A stretch of DNA of 32,000 nt from Ruminococcus albus 7 = DSM 20455 (lineage in GTDB: Bacteria; Bacillota; Clostridia; Oscillospirales; Ruminococcaceae): positions 150,001-182,000 of the forward strand of contig NC_014824.1 of assembly GCF_000179635.2 (NCBI RefSeq), given 5' to 3'. Below are positions 18,081-26,661 of this stretch, piece after piece. The notes under the pieces were generated by a model. The model saw only the letters and a program-made list of their open reading frames with translations, had not been told where the DNA came from and made no database searches. Made by a program: the position numbers and the translations under genes. Within the stretch, counting starts at the first letter, position 1; each line of letters begins with the position of its first letter.

Positions 18081-18278
18081 TTACATCTTCGGATAATCTA
18101 TGTTGTTTTCCTCCAAAATGGATCTGAGTTCGTCAATGTACACATACAGTCTCTGAATCTCAATCCAGTTTCCGTGGCACAACCTGTCTGCCTCTTCAAG
18201 TTCGTGACGGGTCAACTCATAATCTTCCCATTTCAGGCATTTGTGATCTTTGCTGAAGGCGCAGTAATTTTCCATCAT
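18081..18278 (-). CDS. 65-aa hypothetical ORF coupled to istB
   Basis: Its ATG overlaps the istB stop (ATGA at 18275-18278). The protein is Cys/His-containing (MMENYCAFSKDHKCLKWEDYELTRHELEEADRLCHGNW...). No family recognised. Confidence 0.4.
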   Translation of the reverse strand: MMENYCAFSKDHKCLKWEDYELTRHELEEADRLCHGNWIEIQRLYVYIDELRSILEENNIDYPKM

Positions 18279-19021
18279 GACTCTGCCTCCTTCGCCTGCA
18301 ACTCACGCATATTGATGTCACCTGAATACACCCAAGCAGCAGTATGTACGATCCTGTCCATGATCGCGTCAGCGTGGATACCGCCGCCAAGACGACTGTG
18401 CCAGTCCTCGCGTTTGTACTGTGTACAGAAGATCGTTGAGGTGCAGTCATAACGGCGCTCGATCAGTTCAAAAATGAAGTGCTGTTCGCTTTCTGTCATG
18501 TCGTTCAGAAGCCATTCATCAAGAATCAGCAGACGGTATCCGCTGAACTTCTTCAGGAGTTTGGCTCTGCCATGTATATCCAGTGATGCTTCACTGAGCA
18601 GCTGCATGAGATCCGGAACCCTGATATACCTTGTGCGAAATCCCTGCATACAAGCCTGTCTGCCAATAGCACACGCAAGATAGCTCTTGCCGGAACCAGT
18701 GAATCCGTTGAACACGACCGGCTGGTTCTTTTCGATGAAGCCGCAGGTCCCAAGCGCCAGGATCAGATCCTTGTCCAGTCCGCGCTTTTCATAGTACACG
18801 TTCACAAGCACAGCATCCGCAATACGAAATTTTGCTGCATTGATCAGACGGTGGACCCTGGCATTGTATTTGGCTGAATAAGTATAATCAACAGCGATAT
18901 TCATCCGTTCATCAAATGAAAGCGCCATATATTCCGGCTGCTTTTCCTGAAAATCAAGGGCTTCGACCAATTCGCCAAGATTCATTTCACGCAACTTACG
19001 TCTTGTTTCCTCACTCAGCAT
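18275..19021 (-). CDS. istB: IS21 helper ATPase IstB
   Basis: Start at ATG 19021 with GGAGGTG SD upstream. Walker A GFTGSGKS and Walker B LLILDEW are present. It overlaps the istA stop by 11 nt. Confidence 0.9.
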   Translation of the reverse strand: MLSEETRRKLREMNLGELVEALDFQEKQPEYMALSFDERMNIAVDYTYSAKYNARVHRLINAAKFRIADAVLVNVYYEKRGLDKDLILALGTCGFIEKNQPVVFNGFTGSGKSYLACAIGRQACMQGFRTRYIRVPDLMQLLSEASLDIHGRAKLLKKFSGYRLLILDEWLLNDMTESEQHFIFELIERRYDCTSTIFCTQYKREDWHSRLGGGIHADAIMDRIVHTAAWVYSGDINMRELQAKEAES

Positions 19022-19943
19022 GACCGTCACCTCCGTAATAGGCAGCACCACGCACAAATCCAGCGGATGACGATCCATTTTCTTGCTTCTTGTTTTCCTT
19101 GTATTCCACATCCTGACCGGAGGCAAGGATCGCTTTTAGATGCGAATAGCGCGGCACACTGACATGTTCAATCGCCAGTTCACAAGCCATTTCCAAACGT
19201 TCGGACGAATACTTCTTACTCAGCTTCAGTACTGACATTGCGGGGTTGATGCCCTGTTCAGAGGTGCGGTAACTCTTGAAAATACGGTCAGTGACAGTCA
19301 ATGTCTGCTTGCCGATGGATGCAGCCCACTGCCGGAGCGTAAGCTCATTCCATTCCGTTGCCTGGAATCTTTCAGGGATGTCCTCCAGGTAGGTGTCGTA
19401 CCTATTGCGGACATAGCTTGGAAAGCGCTTGTGAGAAGAAATACGTTCATGACCGCAGTATATCTCGATCATGCTGTCAGTGATCTTCAGATCAACTGTC
19501 TTGCCTACGAAACGATACGGCACGGAGTATTTACAGGTCTGGTAGGTCACATGAAAATCCGAACCTATGACACGTCCGTATTCCCACACAGCGTATTCAT
19601 ACGGAAAGGCAGGCAGCGGATGAAGAGTGATTCTCTCATTCACTTCAAAGATCTCACGGCGACTGCCTTCACGCTTTTGAAAGGGCTTGTTGTTGAAATT
19701 CTCCAGCGCTGCTGCAACATCCGATTTCAAATCGATCATAGAAGTATATTCGCTGTTGCGAAGACGGGCGATGATAGCTGTAGCGATCTTTCCGACAGTG
19801 CCTTCAACAGATGCCTTCTGCTTCGGCTTTTTCACGCCTGCGGGCATGATCGCCGTACAGTAGTGATTGGAAAAATCCTCATAGGATTTGTTCAGAACAA
19901 TATCGCCTTCGCGGGGATGTGTGATAACACCGGTCTTAAGATT
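19011..19943 (-). pseudogene. istA: IS21 transposase IstA, C-terminal portion (gene split by the nested insertion)
   Basis: Reads ...LKTGVITHPREGDIVLNKSYEDFSNHYCTAIMPAGVKKPKQKASVEGTVG... from the junction at 19943 down to the stop at 19011. Confidence 0.85.
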
Positions 19944-19970
19944 TAATGTAAAGAGGATGTTAATGTAAAG
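19939..19970. repeat. Left terminal inverted repeat of the three-recombinase element
   Basis: agatt TAATGTAAAG aggatgt TAATGTAAAG is the perfect 32-bp reverse complement of 23341-23372. A further inverted copy, CTTTACATTA, lies at 20015-20024. Confidence 0.8.
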
Positions 19971-20068
19971 CTGAATAAAAATAGATCTAAAATCTAATGA
20001 TTATAGGTATTCGACTTTACATTAATATGATATAATTGGATCAATCATAGAAAGGAGGAATTATCATC

Positions 20069-21301
20069 ATGATTGATTCCAGTTACTCAATGACACTGTA
20101 TGATGCAATCCAACTGTTTCAAAGACACATCATACAAAACTGCGGATCTGAATCCAAAACAGCACAGGCTTACATTCGGATCTCTAATGATTTACAGCGG
20201 TATGCTAAAGAAACGGATTTGGAGGTTTCTCCGGAAGATGTGATCCAAGAATACTATCGTATTATCGTCGGGGTCCCTGCATTTGAAGCTGTTCCGTCAA
20301 AATCAAAAGAACGTCGAGGAAGAGCTGTTCAGATGATTCTGGATATCCTTAATGGAAAAGAACCTAAGAGAAAGTATACCACCCATAAGCGTGATTGTCC
20401 CATTACGTACCTGAATGTCATCAGAAAATATGAAACTTTCATGAGAAATGACCAAAAGAGCGATGGCACAGTACGCACGAGATCCGGACGAATCACTGTG
20501 TTTTTTGCTTTTCTTGAGGAGTGTAAATGTACATCATTAGAGGGCATCACGCCGGAGCTGTTTGCAAGATTTGTATCGTCCCTCAATGATAGGTATTCAT
20601 CACAGGGAAAAGCGTCCATTTTGTATACGTTAAGGAATTTCTTTTCCTATGATGAGTTCTCAGGAGCGCTATCTTTCGATCCGATTCCCTTTTTGACAGG
20701 GATTCATTCCGGAAAGCATGAAAGACTCCCATCCTTTTACACGGCAGAAGAAGTAAGGCGTATCCTGAATGCTGTCGACAGGAATACCCCATGGGGAAAA
20801 ACAGTCTATCTTATGATGCTTTTGGCAAGTGTGTACGGTTTTCGCTCAAGCGATATCAAAGCAATGGTTCTTGACAATATAAACTGGAAAAATCGCACAA
20901 TAAATATCACGCAGTACAAGACGCACAAAGAGATTTCCCTTCCCATGACAGATGAGATCCTTTTTTGCACTCCTTGACTATATTAAGAATGTGCGTCCTG
21001 AGTCAGACTGTTCGAATGTGTTCATCCGACTTAGAAAACCGTACATTGCATACTCAATGAATGATCACTTTGGCGACAAGATATTACCGTTTTTTGAAAT
21101 TGCCGGTGTTGATACAAAGGTAAACATCATGGTCTGCATTCTTTAAGGCATAGTTTGGCAACAAACCTTTTGGTTTCAGGAACCCCGATAAATGAGATTG
21201 CTGTGATACTTGGACACACATCTGCGGCATCCACAAAAACTTATGTATGGTCAGATATAGAGCATCTCCGAGCAGCAGCATTGGAGGTGCCTAAAAAATG
21301 A
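20069..21301 (+). pseudogene. Tyrosine recombinase 1 (RitA-like) with two frameshifts
   Basis: AGGAGG SD upstream. The frame breaks at the T6 run 20961-20966 (+1) and at GG 21119-21120 (-1). The corrected reading gives ...GKHHGLHSLRHSLATNLL...LGHTSAASTKTYVW, i.e. the R-H-R-Y box. Confidence 0.75.
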
Positions 21302-22277
21302 TCAATGACAAGGAATTTCTTAAATTTGAAGAAGGTTTTTCAAACCATATTTTGAAAAATTCATAGAGTTCAAGCGTGGAAAAGGTGAAAAAGTTGCTCA
21401 TTCAACCATGGTTCGCTTAAGGAAACTGAACAATTCGCTTAATACTTACTATGAACACCATATATCTGACCAGATGGTGGAGGAGTTACTGGCTCCTCGT
21501 GATGGATTAAGCGAATTAGAACGCCAATATCTTACAGCGAATCTCCGCCAGTTTTGTTCTTTCTTGGCGCTTCTCGGAATTGATGCGGTCATCGTCCCAC
21601 GAAAATATATGCGAACGGTAAAGAGTGAATTTCGTCCGTACATTTTCAGCGACGATGAACTGCGCCGTCTGACTATTGCAGCCGACACGCTTCCTGCATC
21701 AAGAAAGTCGAGCTCGCATCAGCAGATATACCCAGTGCTCGTCAGATTACTTATAGGTACCGGAATGCGCATAGGCGAAGTCCTTGCACTGAAGCGGGCG
21801 AATGTTGACACTTCAAACGGTGTGATCAATGTTATCAACGGTAAAAATGGCGTTTCAAGATTTATTCCTGTATCCGACAGCTTGAAAGAAGTCCTATTTG
21901 ACTATGCCAAGACTATAGATATGTCTGATGAGAATAGACCGTTTTTCACTTCCTCCTACACCGGTGGTCATCTTACATATGATGCTATGAAATATATGTT
22001 TCCAAAGATGTTTAAGACGGCAGGCATACACAAGTCAGATGGTAAGACGCCAAATATCCATTCTATCCGGCATACATTCTGCACCAAAAGTCTGGAAAAA
22101 ATGTTGGAAAACGGAATGAATGTCTATACTGCTATTCCAATACTGGCGGCATACGTCGGACATGTGAATTACATAGATACAGAAAAATACATTCATTTCA
22201 CAGAACAGGGACATACGGATTTCTTGCAGAAAGAATCATCCTTGGGGAGTCTATTCCCGGAGGTGGACAATGAGTGA
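21298..22277 (+). pseudogene. Tyrosine recombinase 2 (RitB-like) with one 5'-proximal frameshift
   Basis: ATG 21298 overlaps the stop of recombinase 1 (ATGA). MINDKEFLKFEEGFSNHI then hits a stop. The frame resumes (KFIEFKRGKGEKVAHSTMVRL...) after the T4 run at 21350-21353. Catalytic motifs GMRIGEVLAL, HSIRHTF and GHVNYIDTEKYIH are present. Confidence 0.7.
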
Positions 22278-23274
22278 TAATTTATTCTTCTATATACAAC
22301 GATATTTTATGTCTTACCTAATGAAACAGCATAATTACGGCCCTAATACTGTTTCATCATACCGAGACACCTTTAAGCTTTTGCTTAAATTTATGTCAGA
22401 ATCCGGTAAAAGCATATCAAAGAAAACTGTTGATGAGATTGACTGCGATGTAGTACTCAAGTTTCTCTCTTGGCTTTCGAATGTCAGGAAAAATGGGGTG
22501 CCTACCCAAAATGTAAGATTGGCACATATAAAATCATTTTTTCGATATGTAATGATGATCTCACCTGAATACTCCGGGCAATGCAGCGAAATACTCAGTA
22601 TACCATTTGCAAAGGAAGATAAAAGGCTTCCTGATTGTATGTCTACGGATGCTATAAAGCAAATGCTTTCATCGATCGACTCATCATCTAACGAGGGACT
22701 AAGGCATTTGGCAATCTTATCCCTTATGTACGATTCAGCTTGTAGGGTTCAGGAAATCATTTCACTAGATGTCAAAGACTTTCAGCCGGGTCAATGCTGC
22801 AGGATATATGTGCATGGTAAGGGAAATAAATATCGCACCATTCCGTTACTGGGAAAAACAGAAAAAATCATCTCAAAATATATCAGGCAATTCGGTCTTA
22901 TGCAAGAGTCCCCAATGTTTTGCAACAGGAATGGTGACCGGCTAACAAGGCAAGGCATCCGCTACATAATAAGGAAATACTCTAAGTTGGCAAACGATAC
23001 GGTTCCCGGTATTATAACCGGCTCTGTATACCCACATCGATTACGCCACAGTAAAGCCACACACCTTGTGGACAATGGCGTAAACATTTATAATGTCAGG
23101 GATTTCTTGGGACATGAGTCTGTTGCAACAACTCAGATTTACCTGTCAACGAATCCGGAAGTTATCAGAAAGGCTATCGAGACAGTAGCTGAGAAAACAG
23201 TATCAGAAAGCCTTGATTTCTTTTCAGACAAAGAAAAGGACGATTTGATTTCCTTCTTGGATTCACTAGGATAA
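22270..23274 (+). CDS. Tyrosine recombinase 3 (RitC-like), intact
   Basis: 334 aa. It overlaps the previous gene by 8 nt. Motifs present: ACRVQEIISL, HRLRHSKATHLV and GHESVATTQIYLS. Confidence 0.85.
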   Translation: MSDNLFFYIQRYFMSYLMKQHNYGPNTVSSYRDTFKLLLKFMSESGKSISKKTVDEIDCDVVLKFLSWLSNVRKNGVPTQNVRLAHIKSFFRYVMMISPEYSGQCSEILSIPFAKEDKRLPDCMSTDAIKQMLSSIDSSSNEGLRHLAILSLMYDSACRVQEIISLDVKDFQPGQCCRIYVHGKGNKYRTIPLLGKTEKIISKYIRQFGLMQESPMFCNRNGDRLTRQGIRYIIRKYSKLANDTVPGIITGSVYPHRLRHSKATHLVDNGVNIYNVRDFLGHESVATTQIYLSTNPEVIRKAIETVAEKTVSESLDFFSDKEKDDLISFLDSLG

Positions 23275-23340
23275 CACGCATTTGTTAATGTAAAGTAGGT
23301 CATGATGGAATGCCGATCAGACTTTCATTGAAACGGCCGA

Positions 23341-23372
23341 CTTTACATTAACATCCTCTTTACATTAAATCT
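23341..23372. repeat. Right terminal inverted repeat of the three-recombinase element
   Basis: CTTTACATTA acatcct CTTTACATTA aatct. It is followed by an extra TAATGTGAAG CTTTACATTA pair (23374-23393) and then GAGATT (23394-23399). Confidence 0.8.
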
Positions 23373-23399
23373 CTAATGTGAAGCTTTACATTAGAGATT

Positions 23400-24026
23400 G
23401 TCGCAGACGACACGCAGCGTAACGCCGCCGAAATACTCAAACATATGAATATTGCAGTTGATCCATGTCTGCTCGTTCATATTCAGGCAGGGCTCGACAT
23501 ATGCAAGCTGACTGTACGGGAGTGCTGCGACAAAAAGATACACAGGATACACCTTACCTTCTTCCGGATCATGAAGCCGCATCGTCTTGCCGCTCCAGTC
23601 CACTTCACATACAACACCGGGCTTATGGGCGATGTGGTTGGTGAGATCGTTCTGCTCGACATACTTGGTATAGTCATCGCAGAATTTTGTGTATCCTACT
23701 GTAACGCCATCTTTCACACCGTCCTTGTATTCCTGCCAAAGCAGCTTGAGAGTGACACCGGTCTTCTTCAGCTCAGTGTGGACGTACTCGTAATTGACAG
23801 GTTCATATACCGTTTCCTTCCTGAACTTGTCCGGGAAGAAAAGCAGATACACCTCATCGTCACTCTTGTCTGCAACATCAGCATAACTGACACCGAGGTC
23901 ATCTGCCCTCTTCCATACTGATGCCACAGACTTGGTTGAAATATGCCTGGATGCTGCAATAGCCCTCTGCGACATATTTGCCTTACGAAGCTCCAAAAGA
24001 AGCTTCACATTGATCTTGTCTGCCAT
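23400..24026 (-). pseudogene. istA: IS21 transposase IstA, N-terminal portion (HTH and start of the DDE domain)
   Basis: Start at ATG 24026 (MADKINVKLLLELRKANMSQRAIA) with GAAGGAGG SD upstream. It runs to ...EYFGGVTLRVVCDN at the junction with the nested element. Confidence 0.85.
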
Positions 24027-24082
24027 ATTTATGGCCTCCTTCGTGTAGATTCGAGGCATAGCCTCTACCTACATTATACACG

Positions 24083-24190
24083 AAGTGCGTTCCTTTGGCG
24101 AATTACTGCGTTCTTTGCGCGGATTAGTGTTTTCCTTGCCGCGTATCGATGTTTTCCTTCCGGCGGATTGATGTTTTCCGGAGCGCGGAA
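24083..24190. repeat. IS21 right-end multi-repeat
   Basis: Inverted copies of the left-end motif: gcgttcc..., gcgttct..., gcggattagtgttttcc, ggcggattgatgttttcc. Confidence 0.7.
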
Positions 24191-24196
24191 TAATCA

Positions 24197-24203
24197 TGTG
24201 ATG
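24197..24203. repeat. Target-site duplication of the IS21-family element (right copy)
   Basis: TGTGATG, identical to 17770-17776. Confidence 0.7.
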
Positions 24204-24250
24204 TTTTTCATAGTCATTCCTCCGTTCTTTGTATTGAATTTCCTGTCTTT

Positions 24251-24397
24251 TTATTCTGTCTTGGATTTCTTAGAAGACGCCGTATATAGAAGTATTGCGA
24301 TTATGTCATCAATAGGACACATCGGCATCAGGTCTACAGGCGATGCAATATACAGTATCAGCAGTACCAGCAGCATTCCTTTTCCAATATCATTCAT
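24251..24397 (-). CDS. 48-aa membrane protein, DUF1232/YkvA-like
   Basis: Below the ORF-track size cutoff. AAGGAGG SD lies 7 nt upstream of ATG 24397. The sequence is MNDIGKGMLLVLLILYIASPVDLMPMCPIDDIIAILLYTASSKKSKTE, with an SPxDLxP...DD pattern. Confidence 0.5.
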   Translation of the reverse strand: MNDIGKGMLLVLLILYIASPVDLMPMCPIDDIIAILLYTASSKKSKTE

Positions 24398-24440
24398 AGT
24401 TATACCTCCTTTAAGGTCTCTGTTTTTATCTTCTGACTAT

Positions 24441-24483
24441 ATTATATCACTGCCGCAGACAAGGTTATAAAAATGGATTCCAA
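24441..24483 (-). promoter_or_regulatory. Extended -10 promoter plus the same 18-nt upstream motif as at 16609-16651
   Basis: On the minus strand: TGATATAAT (-10 at 24446-24441). TTGGAATCCATTTTTATA (24483-24466) ends exactly 19 nt upstream. Confidence 0.45.
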
Positions 24484-24500
24484 AATAAAAAGCAGGCTCA

Positions 24501-24701
24501 ATGCAGAAGACATCAAACAAGCTTATCTACATAGGCAAGCAGATTGAAATTGATGAAAAAACATTCGCTTCTGACCTCAGAGAACTTCGTGATGCTGCTA
24601 AAAAGAACAATGAGAAGATTGCTCTTGAAGCGTTACATAAGATGATGCCTACGTTTACAACACCGGAAGCGTTCAATAGCAAAGTGTTAATGAACGTATA
24701 A
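24501..24701 (+). pseudogene. C-terminal fragment of a CapD/WbpM-like polysaccharide biosynthesis (NDP-sugar epimerase/dehydratase) gene
   Basis: TSNKLIYIGKQIEIDEKTFASDLRELRDAAKKNNEKIALEALHKMMPTF resembles the extreme C-terminus of that family. There is no upstream coding sequence. The call is from memory only. Confidence 0.35.
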
Positions 24702-25238
24702 GTGAAAATGGTATCTGAAATTACCCATTATGCTCATATTAATATGATACCTGTGCTTTATATGAAAAAACACAGGTATCAGGAAATCCTAGTTGGCTTC
24801 ATTTGAAGCTAAAGTAAAAGTGGAAGCCTTAACATATAAGTTGGGGCTTCCTCTTAATTTTGATGTAAAGTCTATGAAACAGATATGAAAATAGGTGTTA
24901 TTGCTTGTGGTAATCTGGCAGGATAGATTGCAAACGCACACCTATTCTGTCATCTCGAAGTGAATGTATTTTGTCAACTAAAGATGATAATACTACAGTT
25001 TTCAAAATAAATAAAAATCGACATTTAAAAATATTAATAAACACCTTTAAAGCTATTAATGAAATAACGAATAATTTTGCTTTTGATAAATGTTATAACG
25101 AAGAGATGACAGAAAAGATTAAAGAACTTATGGTGTCAAATATTATTAATCAATCATGACATGCCCCTTGAAATCTGTATTTACTGTTTTGCAGACTCGG
25201 AATTACAGACGATTAATTTATCAAATCCAAAACATTAA

Positions 25239-25271
25239 CAGCGGAGTCGTTCAAAGTGCCTCCGCTGTTTT
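25239..25271. terminator. Terminator hairpin downstream of the TM-protein gene
   Basis: Stem cagcggag / ctccgctg (25239-25246 and 25260-25267), followed by TTTT on the plus strand. It could serve both strands. Confidence 0.5.
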
Positions 25272-25334
25272 GTGTTTTCTGTTTATTTATGGTAGTGACT
25301 CTGCGAACAGTGTAATGTAAGATGATTACTTATT

Positions 25335-26174
25335 TCAGTAAATCTTTCTTCCTTTTGCCTCGAATGCTCTATTTCCAGTTCTTCTTTGCTGAAAAACATA
25401 GAGCCTTTTTATATTTCCTCTATCACCAATGACAAAAACTCGCCTTATAATATTTACTGTATGCATAGGATTTGTAGTAGCGAAAACATTGATAGTTATA
25501 TCTTGTGGTAGTTTTCTTACTTCGTTTATAATATTTTTTATGAAATCTTGATTGAAATATCTACCAAAATCATTTCCGTCATTTCTACTTATTTTAATAG
25601 TAGGTAGATTCTTTTTAGTTGTTGGTATTTGATTATTTGAAATAGGGTATGTATCTTCAAGGATTATATTTACTTCACGAATATTTGCAACAATCCTTTT
25701 TTTGTCAATTTTAATAGTCTTGTTCTCTTCGATCGGATAGTCGCTTTCGATTAAAGGAAATTGATTAAAAACTGAGCGGGAAACTAATTTGAATTGCATG
25801 AAAATCGGAACTAATATCAAGTTGCATTTTTCTATGTTTAAAAACTTAGCACAAAACAGATACCATATAAATGGATAGTTGTGATAGCAATTCGCTCGAT
25901 TTGCCATTTTTTCTTTATCGTGATTGTATTTTCTTATGGCAATTAACGCGGCTATAAACATTGCAATTGAAATGAAAAAACTTCCTTTTTCAATTGTAAG
26001 ATAATATATTGCATTTTCAGGAGTTGGATGGTCTTCTTCACTCAAATATTTTTGAAAGATACTTTTAATATCTATGAAATAAGGGAGGCAACAAACTATA
26101 ATCAATACTATTATTTCTGCAATTTGCAAACAATTATCTTTAATGAAATTAAAAATTTTATTTAGTTTTTTCAC
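25335..26174 (-). CDS. Multi-TM protein with a beta-rich ~150-aa C-terminal domain; candidate effector/sensor of the E2-E1/JAB cassette
   Basis: GTG start at 26174 with AAGGAG SD 8 nt upstream. TM helices are IAEIIVLIIVCCLPYFI and FFISIAMFIAALIAI, plus 1-2 weaker hydrophobic segments. The C-terminal domain is not assigned to any family. Confidence 0.8.
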   Translation of the reverse strand: MKKLNKIFNFIKDNCLQIAEIIVLIIVCCLPYFIDIKSIFQKYLSEEDHPTPENAIYYLTIEKGSFFISIAMFIAALIAIRKYNHDKEKMANRANCYHNYPFIWYLFCAKFLNIEKCNLILVPIFMQFKLVSRSVFNQFPLIESDYPIEENKTIKIDKKRIVANIREVNIILEDTYPISNNQIPTTKKNLPTIKISRNDGNDFGRYFNQDFIKNIINEVRKLPQDITINVFATTNPMHTVNIIRRVFVIGDRGNIKRLYVFQQRRTGNRAFEAKGRKIY

Positions 26175-26184
26175 AATAGACTCC

Positions 26185-26661
26185 TTATAACTGAACCTCT
26201 GTTTTGATTTCGATTATATCTTTTCCATTTGTGTACCAGCATCGAATCTCTTCCATTCCTACAATAATAAAGAATGATATATCGTAGTTCCTCTGTTCCT
26301 TTGCTTTTTTCTTCCAACTGTTTTTATCAATCCATGAAGGAGAAGGACATTTTTCTCTATGTGAATGCCATTCTCCTAAATAGCTTTTAACACTCTCTGA
26401 TTTTTCCCAGAGATCATCCATGATAGACTGATGAGCGGGATCTTTTCTTACGAAGCGGAACTTTGCCTGAATATCGTTTTTTTGAGGCCATGTAATATCA
26501 GTAACAACATAGGTGTTTTCTGTAGCATCATAATATCCGACAATAATACCGCCATATTCGACTGAAAAGCTATTTGTGCATTGGAATGATTTAAGAGATT
26601 TATAAACCTCTGGCGATATCTTTACCTTTATTGTTGATGCTTCATTTTGCACACCGGACAC
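26185..26661 (-). CDS. JAB/JAMM (MPN+) metallopeptidase, Cap3-like
   Basis: Complete JAMM signature: Glu in SVEYGGIIVG, then EWHSHREKCPSPSWID (HxH-x7-S-xx-D). The start is uncertain: GTG 26661, or GTG 26652 which has GAGGTG 8 nt upstream. It overlaps the E2-E1 gene. Confidence 0.85.
   Translation of the reverse strand: MSGVQNEASTIKVKISPEVYKSLKSFQCTNSFSVEYGGIIVGYYDATENTYVVTDITWPQKNDIQAKFRFVRKDPAHQSIMDDLWEKSESVKSYLGEWHSHREKCPSPSWIDKNSWKKKAKEQRNYDISFFIIVGMEEIRCWYTNGKDIIEIKTEVQL

Larger units (their letters stand above)
19944..23399 (+). mobile_element. Recombinase-in-trio (RIT)-like element: three consecutive, overlapping tyrosine recombinase genes flanked by inverted repeats
   Basis: It is inserted in istA. 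Removing it restores ...VVCDN|LKTGV.... A 32-bp perfect IR flanks it, and there are at least 8 copies of the 10-bp motif TAATGTAAAG/CTTTACATTA. The gene overlaps (ATGA, ATGAGTGA) and gene sizes (~410/326/334 aa) fit RIT architecture. Confidence 0.7.
17777..24196 (-). mobile_element. IS21-family insertion sequence (istA-istB plus an extra small ORF), itself interrupted by a nested element
   Basis: Termini are TGATTATT...AATAATCA. Each end carries 4-5 subterminal copies of a (G/A)GAA(C/A)(G/A)C-N4-5-AATCCGC-like motif (17794-17893 and 24083-24190, inverted). istA and istB overlap. A TSD flanks the element. Removing it restores the lipoprotein ORF. Confidence 0.85.

Noticed and set aside
18006-18753. 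ORFs of 66-148 aa overlapping istB and the IS21 hairpin
   Set aside because: They are alternative-frame or antisense readings inside a clearly supported istB gene.
23943-24470. 175-aa plus-strand ORF
   Set aside because: It runs across the istA 5' end, the IS21 terminal repeats, the target duplication and the antisense of the DUF1232-like gene. A real gene would not span an IS boundary like this.
24971-25159. 62-aa AT-rich ORF with a TTG start
   Set aside because: It has no SD, a non-ATG start and no recognisable family, and it sits among gene fragments. The evidence is not sufficient to call it a gene.
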